Shown here piece by piece: positions 38,164-49,830 of a stretch of DNA of 54,382 nt; within the stretch, counting starts at the first letter, position 1, and each line of letters starts with the position of its first letter. The position numbers were made by a program, and so were the translations under genes. The notes below the pieces were generated by a model. That model was not told the origin of the DNA. It saw only the letters and a program-made list of their open reading frames with translations, and did no database searches. This DNA is from Catajapyx aquilonaris (taxonomy: Eukaryota), in contig JYFJ02003960.1 of the NCBI GenBank assembly GCA_000934665.2, positions 1 to 54,382 on the forward strand, given 5' to 3'.

Positions 38164-39237
38164 CGGGGTAGATGATGAAGTGCGCTGTACTCTCCACCAG
38201 CACGGGAGCAGCAGTAAAGAGCAACTAATTGTTGGACCAGAAGGTACACACACTAACATAGGAGGGAAGGAGGGTGGTCCCTTTCTCTCTGCTGCGGCTG
38301 GTGCTTTATATCGGCCGCCTTTACAACCAGATTAGCGCCGCATTGATTGTAAAAAGTTGCAATTCCGCACCTAAAGGCCCGCTCTTGCTGTGCACTTTTT
38401 TCCTTATACTCACTCCTCTCACCTCCCCCCCTCCCCCGTCCTTTTTTTCAAGATTTACTGCCAGACTTGACGGAGGGTTTTTGGGCACAACTTGTGCAAG
38501 GAACTGCGGACTTTTCTACGAGCTTTACGAGCGGACAGCGCATGATCTCTCCAAAGAATAAGATGGTAATTTCACGTAGGCCTATATATACGAAATTGTA
38601 CGAAAAATAAGTAATATGTGTATTGACTGCACCGTTGGCGTTATTAAAATACTGTATATTGGATGGTATTTGCGGAATAAAATATGCCAGTAGTTAATTT
38701 TACTCTGGCAAGTCTATGAGGTTTACTGACAGTGAGCCATATTTCTGTTCGAATATGACACTCGATGATGTATAAAAACAAGGTTAACTTCAGTGCAACA
38801 GCAATATTATGGCCACTAAAATACTTTCCTACGCGGAAAAAGGGATAGGCTATGGGTTATTTAATAATGACTCAAACAAATAACTCATATTGCTAATTCT
38901 AGGCAATACAAAAAATTCACTTTATGTCGAGGCGTTATTTAAACTATTAAGACAAATTACCGAAATTATGGAATTCAAACCGTTTGATAAGATCTAAAAT
39001 ATTATCCTGGCACGTGAAAGGACCTCGCGCGATCTTTCATGTTTCATTTAACATGCATAGGTGTTATTATACAAATTTAAATTAATTTTGAGATCTACAG
39101 TATATGATAGAGTGTCCGAGACGATGGAGGTGGCGCATTGATTATCGCCAACATAGAGGACCTACAGGCACAAAATATCCGTATACAGGGTCACTAACAC
39201 ACAAGTTTGTAAATTCGAATTCATATAATATGATGTA

Positions 39238-39534
39238 CCGAAGCAGTAGTGGTGGAGTGGATAGGGTGTCCGACTGCTAATCGGGAGGCCGGCGACCCTG
39301 ACCATGGTTTTCTGTGGTTTCCCATGGTCCTTGCAGGATAATTCCGGGGTCGTTACCGTAATATAGGCCACAGCCGCTTCCTTCCTTCCCTTTCCCTGCT
39401 TCATTCCGATGAGAAAAAGTAGTAAAAATGGAAGAGTTCCAGACAAAAAATTGGGAGAAATCCCCCCCTAGAAAAGCCCGGTAGGCTGATAATGGGGTAT
39501 CAAATTATCAAATCATTAAATTATTATTATTATT
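39238..39534 (+). mobile_element. tRNA(Ser-like)-derived SINE, family B, B box deleted
   Basis: Homologous to 42074-42250 but lacks the gttcgaatccc block; TSD ATATGATGTA (39228-39237 / 39535-39544); (TTA)n tail. Confidence 0.8.
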
Positions 39535-39633
39535 ATATGATGTAATTATAGTAACTCCATTAATAGCTAGAAAATAACACATCTCCACAGCCAGAATCCG
39601 ATTCTGATGTCTATACGCGTATGTCTATGCACA

Positions 39634-39634
39634 T

Positions 39635-39676
<42 letters not shown>

Positions 39677-39679
39677 AAC

Positions 39680-39719
<40 letters not shown>
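39634..39719. repeat. (AAC)n/(AAT)n microsatellite, probable 3' tail of the adjacent SINE
   Basis: Directly visible; abuts the 3' end of the minus-strand SINE. Confidence 0.9.
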
Positions 39720-40058
39720 GGGTTAGTGCACCGCCCATTGATGGGCATCTGGCACGGTACCTTTATTTCCTTTTAGGTGTACGGCTACATTTTTGGTCCT
39801 TTTCCGTAACGCCCGCCCGGGTACCGCGAGCGATAGGGGATGACAGGAGGGGATGTACAAGTGCAGTGCAATGCTGTACGAGATCATTTTTGTGAACCCC
39901 CCCGGGTGGATTTGTCTGTAGGATATTCCACCCAGAAACGAAGCCAGAGACGACCCACACTCTGCACGAGATGAAGGGGGTCCCCGAGAGGGATTTGATC
40001 CAGGGACCTGAACATCCGTGGGCGCACACGTAACCGCGGCGCCACTCCGTCTCCCCCA
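39720..40058 (-). mobile_element. tRNA-derived SINE, family C
   Basis: Minus strand A box TGGCGCCGCGG, B box GGATCAAATCC; (TAT)n tail; possible TSD CACATA. Confidence 0.65.
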
Positions 40059-40091
40059 CATACTAACATACAGACAATTATCTGGGAATAC

Positions 40092-40395
40092 GGGGAGGTG
40101 CGGTGGCCGATATGGTAACGTCTCGGCTTGCTGAGTGGAAGGTCCCAGGTTCGATCCCCACCCGGGAGTTCCCTTCACCTGCGTCAGCGAGGGTCTCTGA
40201 CCCGCGCCTTGGAGGTGTCTGGCAACCTAATCTCCTGGGGAACAGCACATGACCCCTTTTCAGACATTGCACTTGCACCCATGTTCCCTCCCCAAAAATC
40301 CCGCTCTTGTACCCAATGTCCTTGATTCCCTGCACCGGAATTCGAAGAAAAAATAGAAAATATAAAAAGGAAATATGGTGGTGTTCCACCCCCTA
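40092..40395 (+). mobile_element. tRNA-derived SINE, family D
   Basis: A box TGGCCGATATGG, B box GGTTCGATCCC; A-rich 3' region at about 40345-40375. Confidence 0.65.
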
Positions 40396-41323
40396 ACATT
40401 GACACTGGTCTCATGGGGTACAACGTTTTAAAAACTATTATCTGGGAAGATTTTAAGACTAGACAATAGTCTATAATATCTTGTACAGACAACTGACAGG
40501 TGGTATGTAACTGCTTATTATGAGAAAACTACACCATGCGCAAAATGTATTCAAATGAGCACATATGATTGCCTACCTTCGCATCATAACGTCTCCATCC
40601 AGATAATAAAATGTGATTTGAGGTACTTGAGAGGTATGCAAACTAATCCAGCCCCTCAAACACAAACAACCTTAGTGAAAATAATCTTCAAAATTAATAT
40701 TTATTCATCCACTTACAGACAATTATGCAGCCATTAGCAATTTATTTGGGCCAAATTATGGAATCTATTCCATTGCAAAATCATCGATTCAATTCTCTTT
40801 CGTCTGTGTAGAGGTTGTAGGCAGCAAAACTAATGATGAGGGATGGTGGGACATGTCCCCTGATTGTCTGTCCCAGATAGGTGTCCCCATGCAGACGTCG
40901 GGTGGTTTCTGAACAGGCGAGTTTCCCAGGCTTTGTTGTATCTTTCCCTATCCCTTTCTCTATCTGCTGGCTGCTGAGGCTGAGGCTGAGAAATAATTAA
41001 TTAGGGTGTAGATGGCCCTCTTGCAGCCTGTGGCGTCGGAGAGAATTAAGGGAGGGAAGGAAGGAAGGAAGGAAGGAAAGCTCTGCAGGATAGTCTACCC
41101 TCAAGCAACCTGCTCGTAAGTACACGACCCCTCTCTGCTCCGCTTGCTGCTAATAAATTCCGATGGGCTAATTAAGTGATGCTTCGTGTAGATGTTACAA
41201 TCGGCCTAGACTGTAATCCATTTTTCCACTGTTCACCACCTTCCAGTTATGACCGAAACTTAATTTTCATTAGCCTTCTGTCAGTCATCTTTTTTTTAAA
41301 AAAACATTTTTAATTATGCAAGT

Positions 41324-41505
<182 letters not shown>

Positions 41506-41688
41506 TTTTATTCCCACTGCGCCCTTTGGCTTTACTGGGGAAGACCTCCCACAAATATTTACAATCAACATAAATCACTGTAATTCACAATACGATGTCA
41601 CAGAACTCCAAGTTCGCTACTACGAGAGAGAAAAAAGTAAACATCTGATGAATGGGGTGAACTGGCATGGATGCAAACAATAAATATA

Positions 41689-43242
41689 GGGATAAACCAT
41701 ACAGTTTTTGGCCACCATACAGTAATGAGCCACTTATAGTAATCTCATATTAATGTGTGTCGTGAAAGTAGTGATCATTTTTGCCCATGGGTGGCTGCGC
41801 TGCATTGTTGGACGAATGTTGTTTACAATGTTTTCCCGATAGGACTTTCATCAAGGTCGCCAGAGCCTCGCGTCTCTGGGTCACTTCCAGCAGGGCCATT
41901 TCCTTAAGGAGTCGGTAAGGAGTATCACTGCAGCCGGCGAAGACCAAGGTCCTACATAGGACCTTGCCGAGACTCAGCAACAGAGGCAGCAACGCAGCAA
42001 GCTCGCCAGCAAGCTCGCCAAGCCGGTCGTCTGCGTTCTTATTTGCATTCGACTATATAGGGATAAGTTACAACCGAAGCAGGTTGGCATAGTGGATAGG
42101 GCGTCCGACTGCTAATCGGGAGGTCCCGGGTTCGAATCCCGGGGCCGGCAACCCTGACTGTGGTTTTCTGTGGTTTTCCATGGTCTTTCTAGGATAATTC
42201 CGGGGTCGCTTCCGTATAATAGGCCACAGCCGCTTCCTTCCTTCCCTATCCTTGGAGGTTGAAAGGCAATGCTAGGCCAACCTCCTTAATATCAATTATA
42301 AAAGTGATAAGTTACAAGGCTTTTCGTCACTCCTGGTTGCCGATGTCAATTTGCATGGCTAGGGTAGACTCCATAGTTTCATATTTTGTAGATAATGGTG
42401 AGTCAGTATAGATAGCATGAGTAGACGGGGGTGGCCCACAACTGTGTGGATCAAAACCATCACTTTACAGTAATTAGCATACCCCACAAATAAATAAATT
42501 AAAAAAAAGTCTGCCATCATTTTACACATGGTTAGAAGAACACGACACGCCTTGACATTATATTTTGCCTTTACACATGCATATAACTGTTTTCAGTTAC
42601 CAGGATACACTTGGCTTCATCACCTGTATATTAGTCTACGCTTAGCCTGCATAATTTTATCCGATAGTGCCCCTAGATCCTACCAAACATGATGGAATTA
42701 GGGGAGACAGGGAGGTAGACACCTCCAGAAGTGGACAAGTAGGTGAATGTTACAATCGTGACGGAATTTTAGGTGAGAAAGACATCTGTTATTAACGAAA
42801 TTCATTTCTTGGAGGCAGGTTTATTCGGTAATTCCGAAGTAAATGCATCTTTCACGCAAATGACGACAAAGGCTAGGGAGATGATCATTAAAACTTGAAA
42901 AACTGCTGAGACAGTAGGAAATAGTGCTGGGCAACTCCCTGCACCACGAAAGTGCGGCAAACAACAATAGAGTCCCTACAATTAGGTGGCCAACCACTGT
43001 CCCAAAGGCCCATAACTCTGAAAAGTGTCCCATTACTGTACTTTTGTGACTCTTTTGGAACTTTTCATTACCAAAAATTACAGTAAAGGAGATTTTCAAA
43101 ATTACAGTTGCTCCTTCAAAGAGAACATTCTGAAGATTCAGAAAAAATATATAATCAAACTGCAGATGTAATTACTGTCGGTCATGTGACGATGTGAACT
43201 AGGAAAATTTCTTAAGTGGCCCATAACTGTATGGTTTATCCC
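41689..43242. mobile_element. TA-flanked non-autonomous DNA transposon (pogo-like GGG ends) with nested SINE
   Basis: TA|GGGATAAACCATACAGTT.TTGGCCAC ... GTGGCCCATAACTGTATGGTTTATCCC|TA; repeated subterminal cccataactgta-like motifs. Confidence 0.75.
42074..42305 (+). mobile_element. tRNA(Ser-GCT-like)-derived SINE, family B
   Basis: A box TGGCATAGTGG, ccga-ctgctaa-tcgg anticodon-like stem-loop, B box GGTTCGAATCCC; 12-bp TSD GATAAGTTACAA (42062-42073 / 42306-42317). Confidence 0.9.
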
Positions 43243-45546
43243 TATCTTGTCTGGAGGAAGTTTTGGAATTCTTACGAGTTTATCCCTTCTAATTGCCCGA
43301 AAGAAGTGGCAGTCGTCAATTAAATGATAAAGAGACCAATTATCGTTACTATTACAGCTAGTGTACAGTATTATACAAGTAGTACAACCTTAAAAGCTCT
43401 ATTGGAGAAAAATATTCTAAAAAATATAATAATAGTCCAAGATTTCCATAGGATCGAGTCTAAAACATCTATTGTAAAATGTAGCTGAGTGAGAAATGTT
43501 GATGGACCTACTGATAACGACCTGGCTATTTCAGTCAGAGCGTCGCGGATTTCAATTTACTTTTGTTTCCGAAATATCACAACAGGGTTTACTCGCCTGC
43601 GATACTTATTTAAATTGCTATTGCATTAGTAGATAAAAACATATTTTTTTGAATCACCTGTTGTTCATCCATACTGATTCACAATATTAGCTTATGGATG
43701 CATGCTACTGCTTGCCCATTGTCATACCCACGCTCTTGTCATACCCCATTTGAAGTCATGTCACACGACACAACCTGTAATACTGAACTATCACGGTATA
43801 TGGAAAAATTAGTTTGTGGTATGGACTACTGGGTATACGCGGGTATAAAATTGCTCAATTCAGAAATGCTGTCACATCACAATTATATGATAATAACACT
43901 TTATTATACAATAATAGTGGTATACATGGTGGGGCAGAAGGTGTGCATTTTCTTTCGGGTTGAGGTCCTTGCGATATTCCAAGAAGAAAATATTATAATT
44001 GCACTAGTTAGACAAAATCGCCAAAGTGAACATCTTGGATTATTATCGGAGAGAATCTAAAGTCTAGCGACAGTGTGAACGTCTTACATCGCCGTGAGTG
44101 TCAGGTTCTCAGGACGGGTTTACATGTCCATTTTTGCAATTTCCAGGAAAATATACGTAATACACCAAAAAGCTGTATTATGTCTCAGGTGAAATCATGA
44201 CGTTAAATCCTACTACATCATAAGATCTTAAATATGATGTCATTAACTCTTCGATGAGCCATTAAAATATATAAACTATAACTTAGATTGATGTATAGAT
44301 GACGTTCTCTTATATGAACCACTTAGGTACAGCACATTTTAAATATTTGTTTTGATTAAAAAGTTGTAGATAGATTATCTGAATATGGCAGAAGGCTTGA
44401 AAAGTGTCTCTTTTGCTCTTCCGAAGCTATATTTGATGACCTTTGATTGCGAGAGTAAGGATTGACGCAATGAATAGAAATGAGGACGTATAATTGCAAC
44501 ACTTGGCATTTCCATGGTTAGTCGGCCAGAATGACGATCCCTTGTTCAAGCTGTCACCGCCGAAGCTGCTATGCAAGAGATGTAATTGCATTAGGGACTG
44601 TGGTCAATATGGTTATTCGGTTGAGGGAGTTCTAGGGACTTCGGAGTTCATTCGAGTAAGAAGAACGTTTTGAATTCAGTCTTAGGTCAAAATGAATTCA
44701 ATCCTTTATTTACGATTGACATAATGTGTTGTCAATGTATAGATGTGGTCAATATCACAGGAATCAATTCATGCAGAGCACAGATCCCTTCGAAAAATTG
44801 TTCATTTTTTGATCATTATAAGATAAGGTGATCACACTCAAAAGAAAGTGCTGCTGTTCTCAGTTCCCTAACCAGAAAATAAAGAGTTTGAGTCCCAGTG
44901 TGACAAACGCTATGGGGATGACCGTGGCAAGAGTGAAGGAACCAGGACGAGGGCGTAGTATGAGGGTGGAAAGGGCGGGAATGGGGGCCGAAATGGCGGC
45001 AGAAGAAGCTTGAAAGTTTCTTTACGGCCACTCTAGTCCCCGATTCTTCAGACGATATCGGCCATCCCACTGCCCTATGAATCACAAGGTATAGAATCCA
45101 CATCGTGCTGGCCAACAGATGACGGGGTGACTTTACTAATAATTTATAGCAGCTCAAGTATCGTCTAAAAAGCGATTCCCAAGATCGTTGGTGACAACGA
45201 CAAACGACAAAAGTAAATCAACAATATTGTGAATCGTCCTCAAGATACGAAAGTCAAGATAATACAAGTCATCGAAAATTTATCAATTTTAAATACACCC
45301 AAATTTAAATAACTCTTATACAAGTTCTTGGATTCAATTCAGGTGCCCCGCCGCCGAGGTCAGTATCAATAATTTTCAATGACCTTGCGCTATGACTCGT
45401 AGTTATGAATTTTTTTGGAAAGTAAGTGGTCAGGCAAGAAAATTTCCGTTTTATCTATCAATGGTTCCAACATTTTCACGGCGGGCAATGGCTTTATAAT
45501 CGACTTATTTATGGTCATTTAGTTGGTAATTAAGACAGTAGCAAAA

Positions 45547-45823
45547 AAACCCCGATGGAATCTCCACCTTATCGTGGTGGTGGGGTTTGCGTTTCTCCCA
45601 TGACCCCAAGAGATATGCCGGCGGTAGTTTCATCTACTGGGAAGGGCACCCAAGCCGGACAGGTCTTTGGGATAGGAGACAGACTAAGAGAGATACCAAT
45701 CTTTCCTCTCTTCTCTTTTCTCTTCGTTTTCTCTCTCCATCTGTCCCACCTTTGAATCTTTTATAGCCAGATAGCCACAGTTGCTTTGGCTTCTTCCTAA
45801 TAAACCTAAGCCTAAACCTAAAC
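45547..45823 (+). mobile_element. Short non-autonomous retroelement with an RTE/BovB-type 5'UTR head
   Basis: ccaccttatcgtggtggtggggtttgcg...atgacc...gggcacccaagccggacaggtc resembles the conserved RTE 5' region (recognised from memory); (TAAACC)n tail; 11-bp TSD CAGTAGCAAAA (45536-45546 / 45824-45834). Confidence 0.75.
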
Positions 45824-47884
45824 CAGTAGCAAAACCAAGTTATCTCGTCTATTTGCGGTGGAAAAAGGCGGTAGGAAAAGGTGAAGATGATGGAAGGAGA
45901 GGCAAGATTGAAGACGATGAGGATTAATGTAGTACTGTACTGGAAATATGCTGCAAATAAATGAGGGAATGGATGGACTGCATGGCCTAATTTAGCTGGG
46001 TCACTCCATAAATTTTTGGGAAATAACTAGTGGTTATTGTGCTGGAAGTAATTCCCAGACTCTGATGACATTGAAATCGACGAATTTTTCCACCTAAAAT
46101 CTAGACAAGATACCTGGGTTTTTCTGTCTTGAATTCAATTAAACAATCATAAAATAATAAAGCCAGAGGCCGACCTGAAAATGTCGGCACCGTCGATGGT
46201 TAAAAATGCAATATTTTGATTGTACATTATTTTATTTCCCCCAGAATTCTCAAATAGGCCTCATCTCACAAGGCCATCAAAAATTGACACTTTTTAGGTC
46301 AAAAGTAGGGAATGTGGCCATTCTTTGATGTGTTACGCATACCGCATTTCAACCAGGTCTCCAATGACACTTTGAGTGAATATGTTGGATTTTTCATGTG
46401 AGATATTAGCTGTCAAACACAATGTCCGATTTTTTTTTCAAATGAATAGTATGGGAGACAGATTCGGCGGTTGCCTTAGTGGAAATCCACTCTACAAACA
46501 GCCTCTGCGGGGCCCCTATAAATTTCGGGGCCCTGGGAGGGGGTTGAGTCTTTAACTCGGAGGGCCAGCCCTTGCACATAGCGCCACAATGACAATTTCA
46601 CATTATGCAGAGGCTAATACATTTATCACAAGAGCACCTGCGCGACTTTAAATAAATTTGCTGTCATTTGTCGATAACTGAACTTGTAGGGGCCCCGCAT
46701 CACTTTAGCAGTTGGAAACTCGAAATTTATTTATAAGGTTCTTGTTAATTGACGTCTAAAATACACATTATTTCATAACAATAGTACTTCTAAAAAGGGT
46801 TCACATGTTACAAACCCAAGAGGACCCCGCTCGCCCCCACACGCCGAGTGCTCTTATAGAGTCAGCAGCTTATTGTTCTGCAGTTTGGACAGTGACAGAG
46901 GAGAACGTACCCCTACACCTACAGGCACCAGTTGTCGCCTAATATTTTATTACATTTACCTTAATATTGGCCACAATCTTAAGGCTCACTATGGAACGTG
47001 AAGGTTCTACTGGAACTAACTGGAACTGGAACTATTATATAAATACCGTATATTGTATGGATCGTAAATAGCATGGGAGTGGCGTACTGCACTACGTATA
47101 TGCCACCAAATTAATGTTTTAGCCAATGGTTTACTCTCGCTAAAAACAATGATAACTGTATAGCAAGGCGAAAAACCTTGGGAGCATAGGCCTACCACCA
47201 AGAAGATAATTATGATTGTCCGCATTTTTTGACATATTACATATGCTTCATATGCTGGAAAAGATGACCTAAATCTCGACATTGGCAGCATTTCGAGAGT
47301 GAATCTACCGTTAAATACTAATCTTGCTAATAAAAAAGTGCAACTCTGGAATCAATTCCATTTTCCCGATAAGCTCACGCAACCGGGCCGATAAACAACG
47401 CAGATTAGCCCAAGTCTATTAGCTCACTGCTTAACATGACTATTACAGGAAAAGATATTGCGACAATAAATGTCGAGCATAGTATCGTTGGAAATGCGAA
47501 TATGCGGCGCTAATCCACTTCAACCTACATTGGTCTGTCATATGCAAATTTTAGCACTGAATTTATAATAACAATTTATAGCAGTCATTATCAAAGACAG
47601 TATCAAATTTCATTACTCTTTTAGATAAAACTTCCAGCCAAGGAATAATGTTTTGTTAGCACAGTACCTTTATCTCTTGGCATAAAACTTGCAGCCTGGT
47701 ACTAGCTGTTATGCTGTCATATAAAATATTTAGGCAATGTAAAAAATAACGAAAATAGAGACACAAAATACTACATGTATACAGTACCTAATGCAATTGG
47801 GTAAATAAAAGTCGTAGAAATCATGCTTTTGAACTGCATACATGGACTTTTGAAAATAATCACATGGGTAGGCTACTGTATATA

Positions 47885-48146
47885 AATTGAAGACCTCGGG
47901 GGAAGAACGATCAAGGTCCACTTTTTTTCAAAAATGAGTTACATACCGGTATCTCAGAAGATAGTTTCACTAGCATAGAATATGATGGTTTGGTCGTGGT
48001 TGTGGAGTAATGATCATAGGTGACTATGGAAGGCCCCGAAAATGGGATTTATAATAGAACCTTACGGGCCTTCGAAATATAGAATGGCAATATCTCAGTT
48101 TCACATGAGATGGACCTTGATCGTTTTTCTCCCGAGGTCTTCAATT
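47885..48146. mobile_element. TIR MITE
   Basis: aattgaagacctcggg..acgatcaaggtcca / tggaccttgatcgt..cccgaggtcttcaatt. Confidence 0.8.
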
Positions 48147-48306
48147 ATTACAATGATCAATGAATAGCTTTAAGAGAAAACGCAGTATTGCACAATATTA
48201 AGCAAGAATATTTTTGAAAGAATGTAGGTCTACGTTTTTCAGCATTCAACATGATGGTTAGTTCTAAAATGTGTGGAAAATTTGTATTCAATAATATATT
48301 AATCAA

Positions 48307-48897
48307 TCAAGTATATATAAAGCCCCTATCCGAGGAGGAGGATATATAGGAGGATGGAAAAGATTTCGCACTTCCCGGCGTCGTGTCGTAGAGATCTCGG
48401 AGTCACACCGTTGGATTCCTTGCCCGCGAATTAGTTATTCCAAAAATTCTCATAATCGCAAAATTCTCATCAGTTTTCGAGATATGGCTCCAAAACGAAT
48501 TTTTAAATTCCCGGCCTTGGCCAGGCGGTGGTTAAGCCAGGGATTATATATATGTAAGCCCGGGTGAACAATAGGGCTCCCACCCATCCGCTACCCAACC
48601 CTCACTCCAGCTGCCATCTGGTTCCAATCTCAACTCAAACCTTCCGTGTGAATGATACGTCAGAGACGCGTTCGGATGGTGTAGCGGTGACGTCAGTGGT
48701 GGATGCTTAGTAGCCGGATGAGCCCTCACTCCGACCAATTTTCGCGTAAAAACACGTGCTGCGTGGCTGTCGTGGGGACAGCCGCCTGCACCTGCACCGC
48801 TGGCCTCGCATAGTTACGGAGACCGAGGGGGACCTGACAGGGACCTGACCAATTCGCGCCGAGGGCGCGCAAGTGGGGCGCAGCCCCACGGGGGGGN

Positions 48898-48947
<50 letters not shown>

Positions 48948-48980
48948 GCGGAGCCCCACCGCCGAGCGTAGCGAGTCCAG
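48307..48980 (+). mobile_element. Non-autonomous Helitron-like unit 1
   Basis: A|TC..TATATATAAAG start; GC-rich 3' region ending gccgagcgtagcgagtCCAG|T; internal (GA)n at 48898-48944. Confidence 0.65.
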
Positions 48981-48986
48981 TATATA

Positions 48987-49232
48987 CAGGGTGTTCCAGA
49001 TTCGTGGGTCACTTTTTGATAACTGATATCGCCGTATAGCAGTTAATTTTTGTAGCTTGATGTGCCCCTAACAATGTGCCCCATTTTATAACTACGGCTA
49101 TATTCGACCCACTGGGGATAGAATATAGTAGGTGCTATAGAATGGAGCACATGGTTAGTGGCACAAGCTACATAAATAACTTATCGGGCGATATAGTAAT
49201 CAAAAAGGGACCCACGAATCTGGACCACCCTG
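48987..49232. mobile_element. Tc1/mariner-type MITE at the junction of two Helitron-like units
   Basis: TA|CAGGGTGTTCCAGATTCGTGGGTC ... GACCCACGAATCTGGACCACCCTG|TA. Confidence 0.9.
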
Positions 49233-49830
49233 TATAAAGCTCCCATCCGAGGAGAAGGATGGAAAATATCCCCCACTTCCCGAGATCGTAGAGAGCTGGG
49301 AGTAGGCTCGTTGGAAAGCTGACCCAGACATTAGTGTAGCGAAAAATCTTAGTAATTGCGAATTTCCCATCCGTTTTCGAGCTATGACCAAAAAACGAAT
49401 TTTGCACCTTTTCGGCCTTGATTAGACGGCCGTTAAGCCAGGAAGCACTGCCACCCACCCACCCCTATGCCGGTTGGCACAGCTGCCTGCGGACGTCTGT
49501 TTACAGCCACCCCTCCAACCTCCCGTTTGAAGGATACGTCAGAGGACGCGTTCAGATCCTTTTCACCTGTAGCAATGACGTCAGTGGTGGATGTTGTGTA
49601 ACCTGATGCGACCGCGCTCCGACCCATTTTCGCGTTAAAAGACTTGAAGCACTGTTCGCATCGGAGAGTGGAGGCAGCCGGATAAACCTGCCCCGAGCCT
49701 CGGAGAGTTACGGAGGCCAAGGGGACCTGCCTGGGACATGCCCAGTCCGCGCCGAAGGCGCGCAACTGGGGCGCAGCTTCACGGGGTGCAGTGGGGGTGC
49801 AGTGTCCCCACCGCCGAACGTAGCGAGTCT
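49233..49830 (+). mobile_element. Non-autonomous Helitron-like unit 2 (diverged tandem copy)
   Basis: Colinear similarity with 48315-48980 from tataaagc.cc.atccgagga to ccgccga.cgtagcgagtc. Confidence 0.65.

Noticed and set aside
42074..42150. Functional tRNA-Ser gene (also tRNA-like heads at about 5450-5530, 28960-29026 and 40092-40170)
   Set aside because: No proper acceptor stem or long variable arm; heads continue into repeated SINE bodies, and this copy has a TSD.
44875..45013. Possible host exon after a CCAG acceptor
   Set aside because: Purine-rich, but no recognisable domain, donor site or partner exons.
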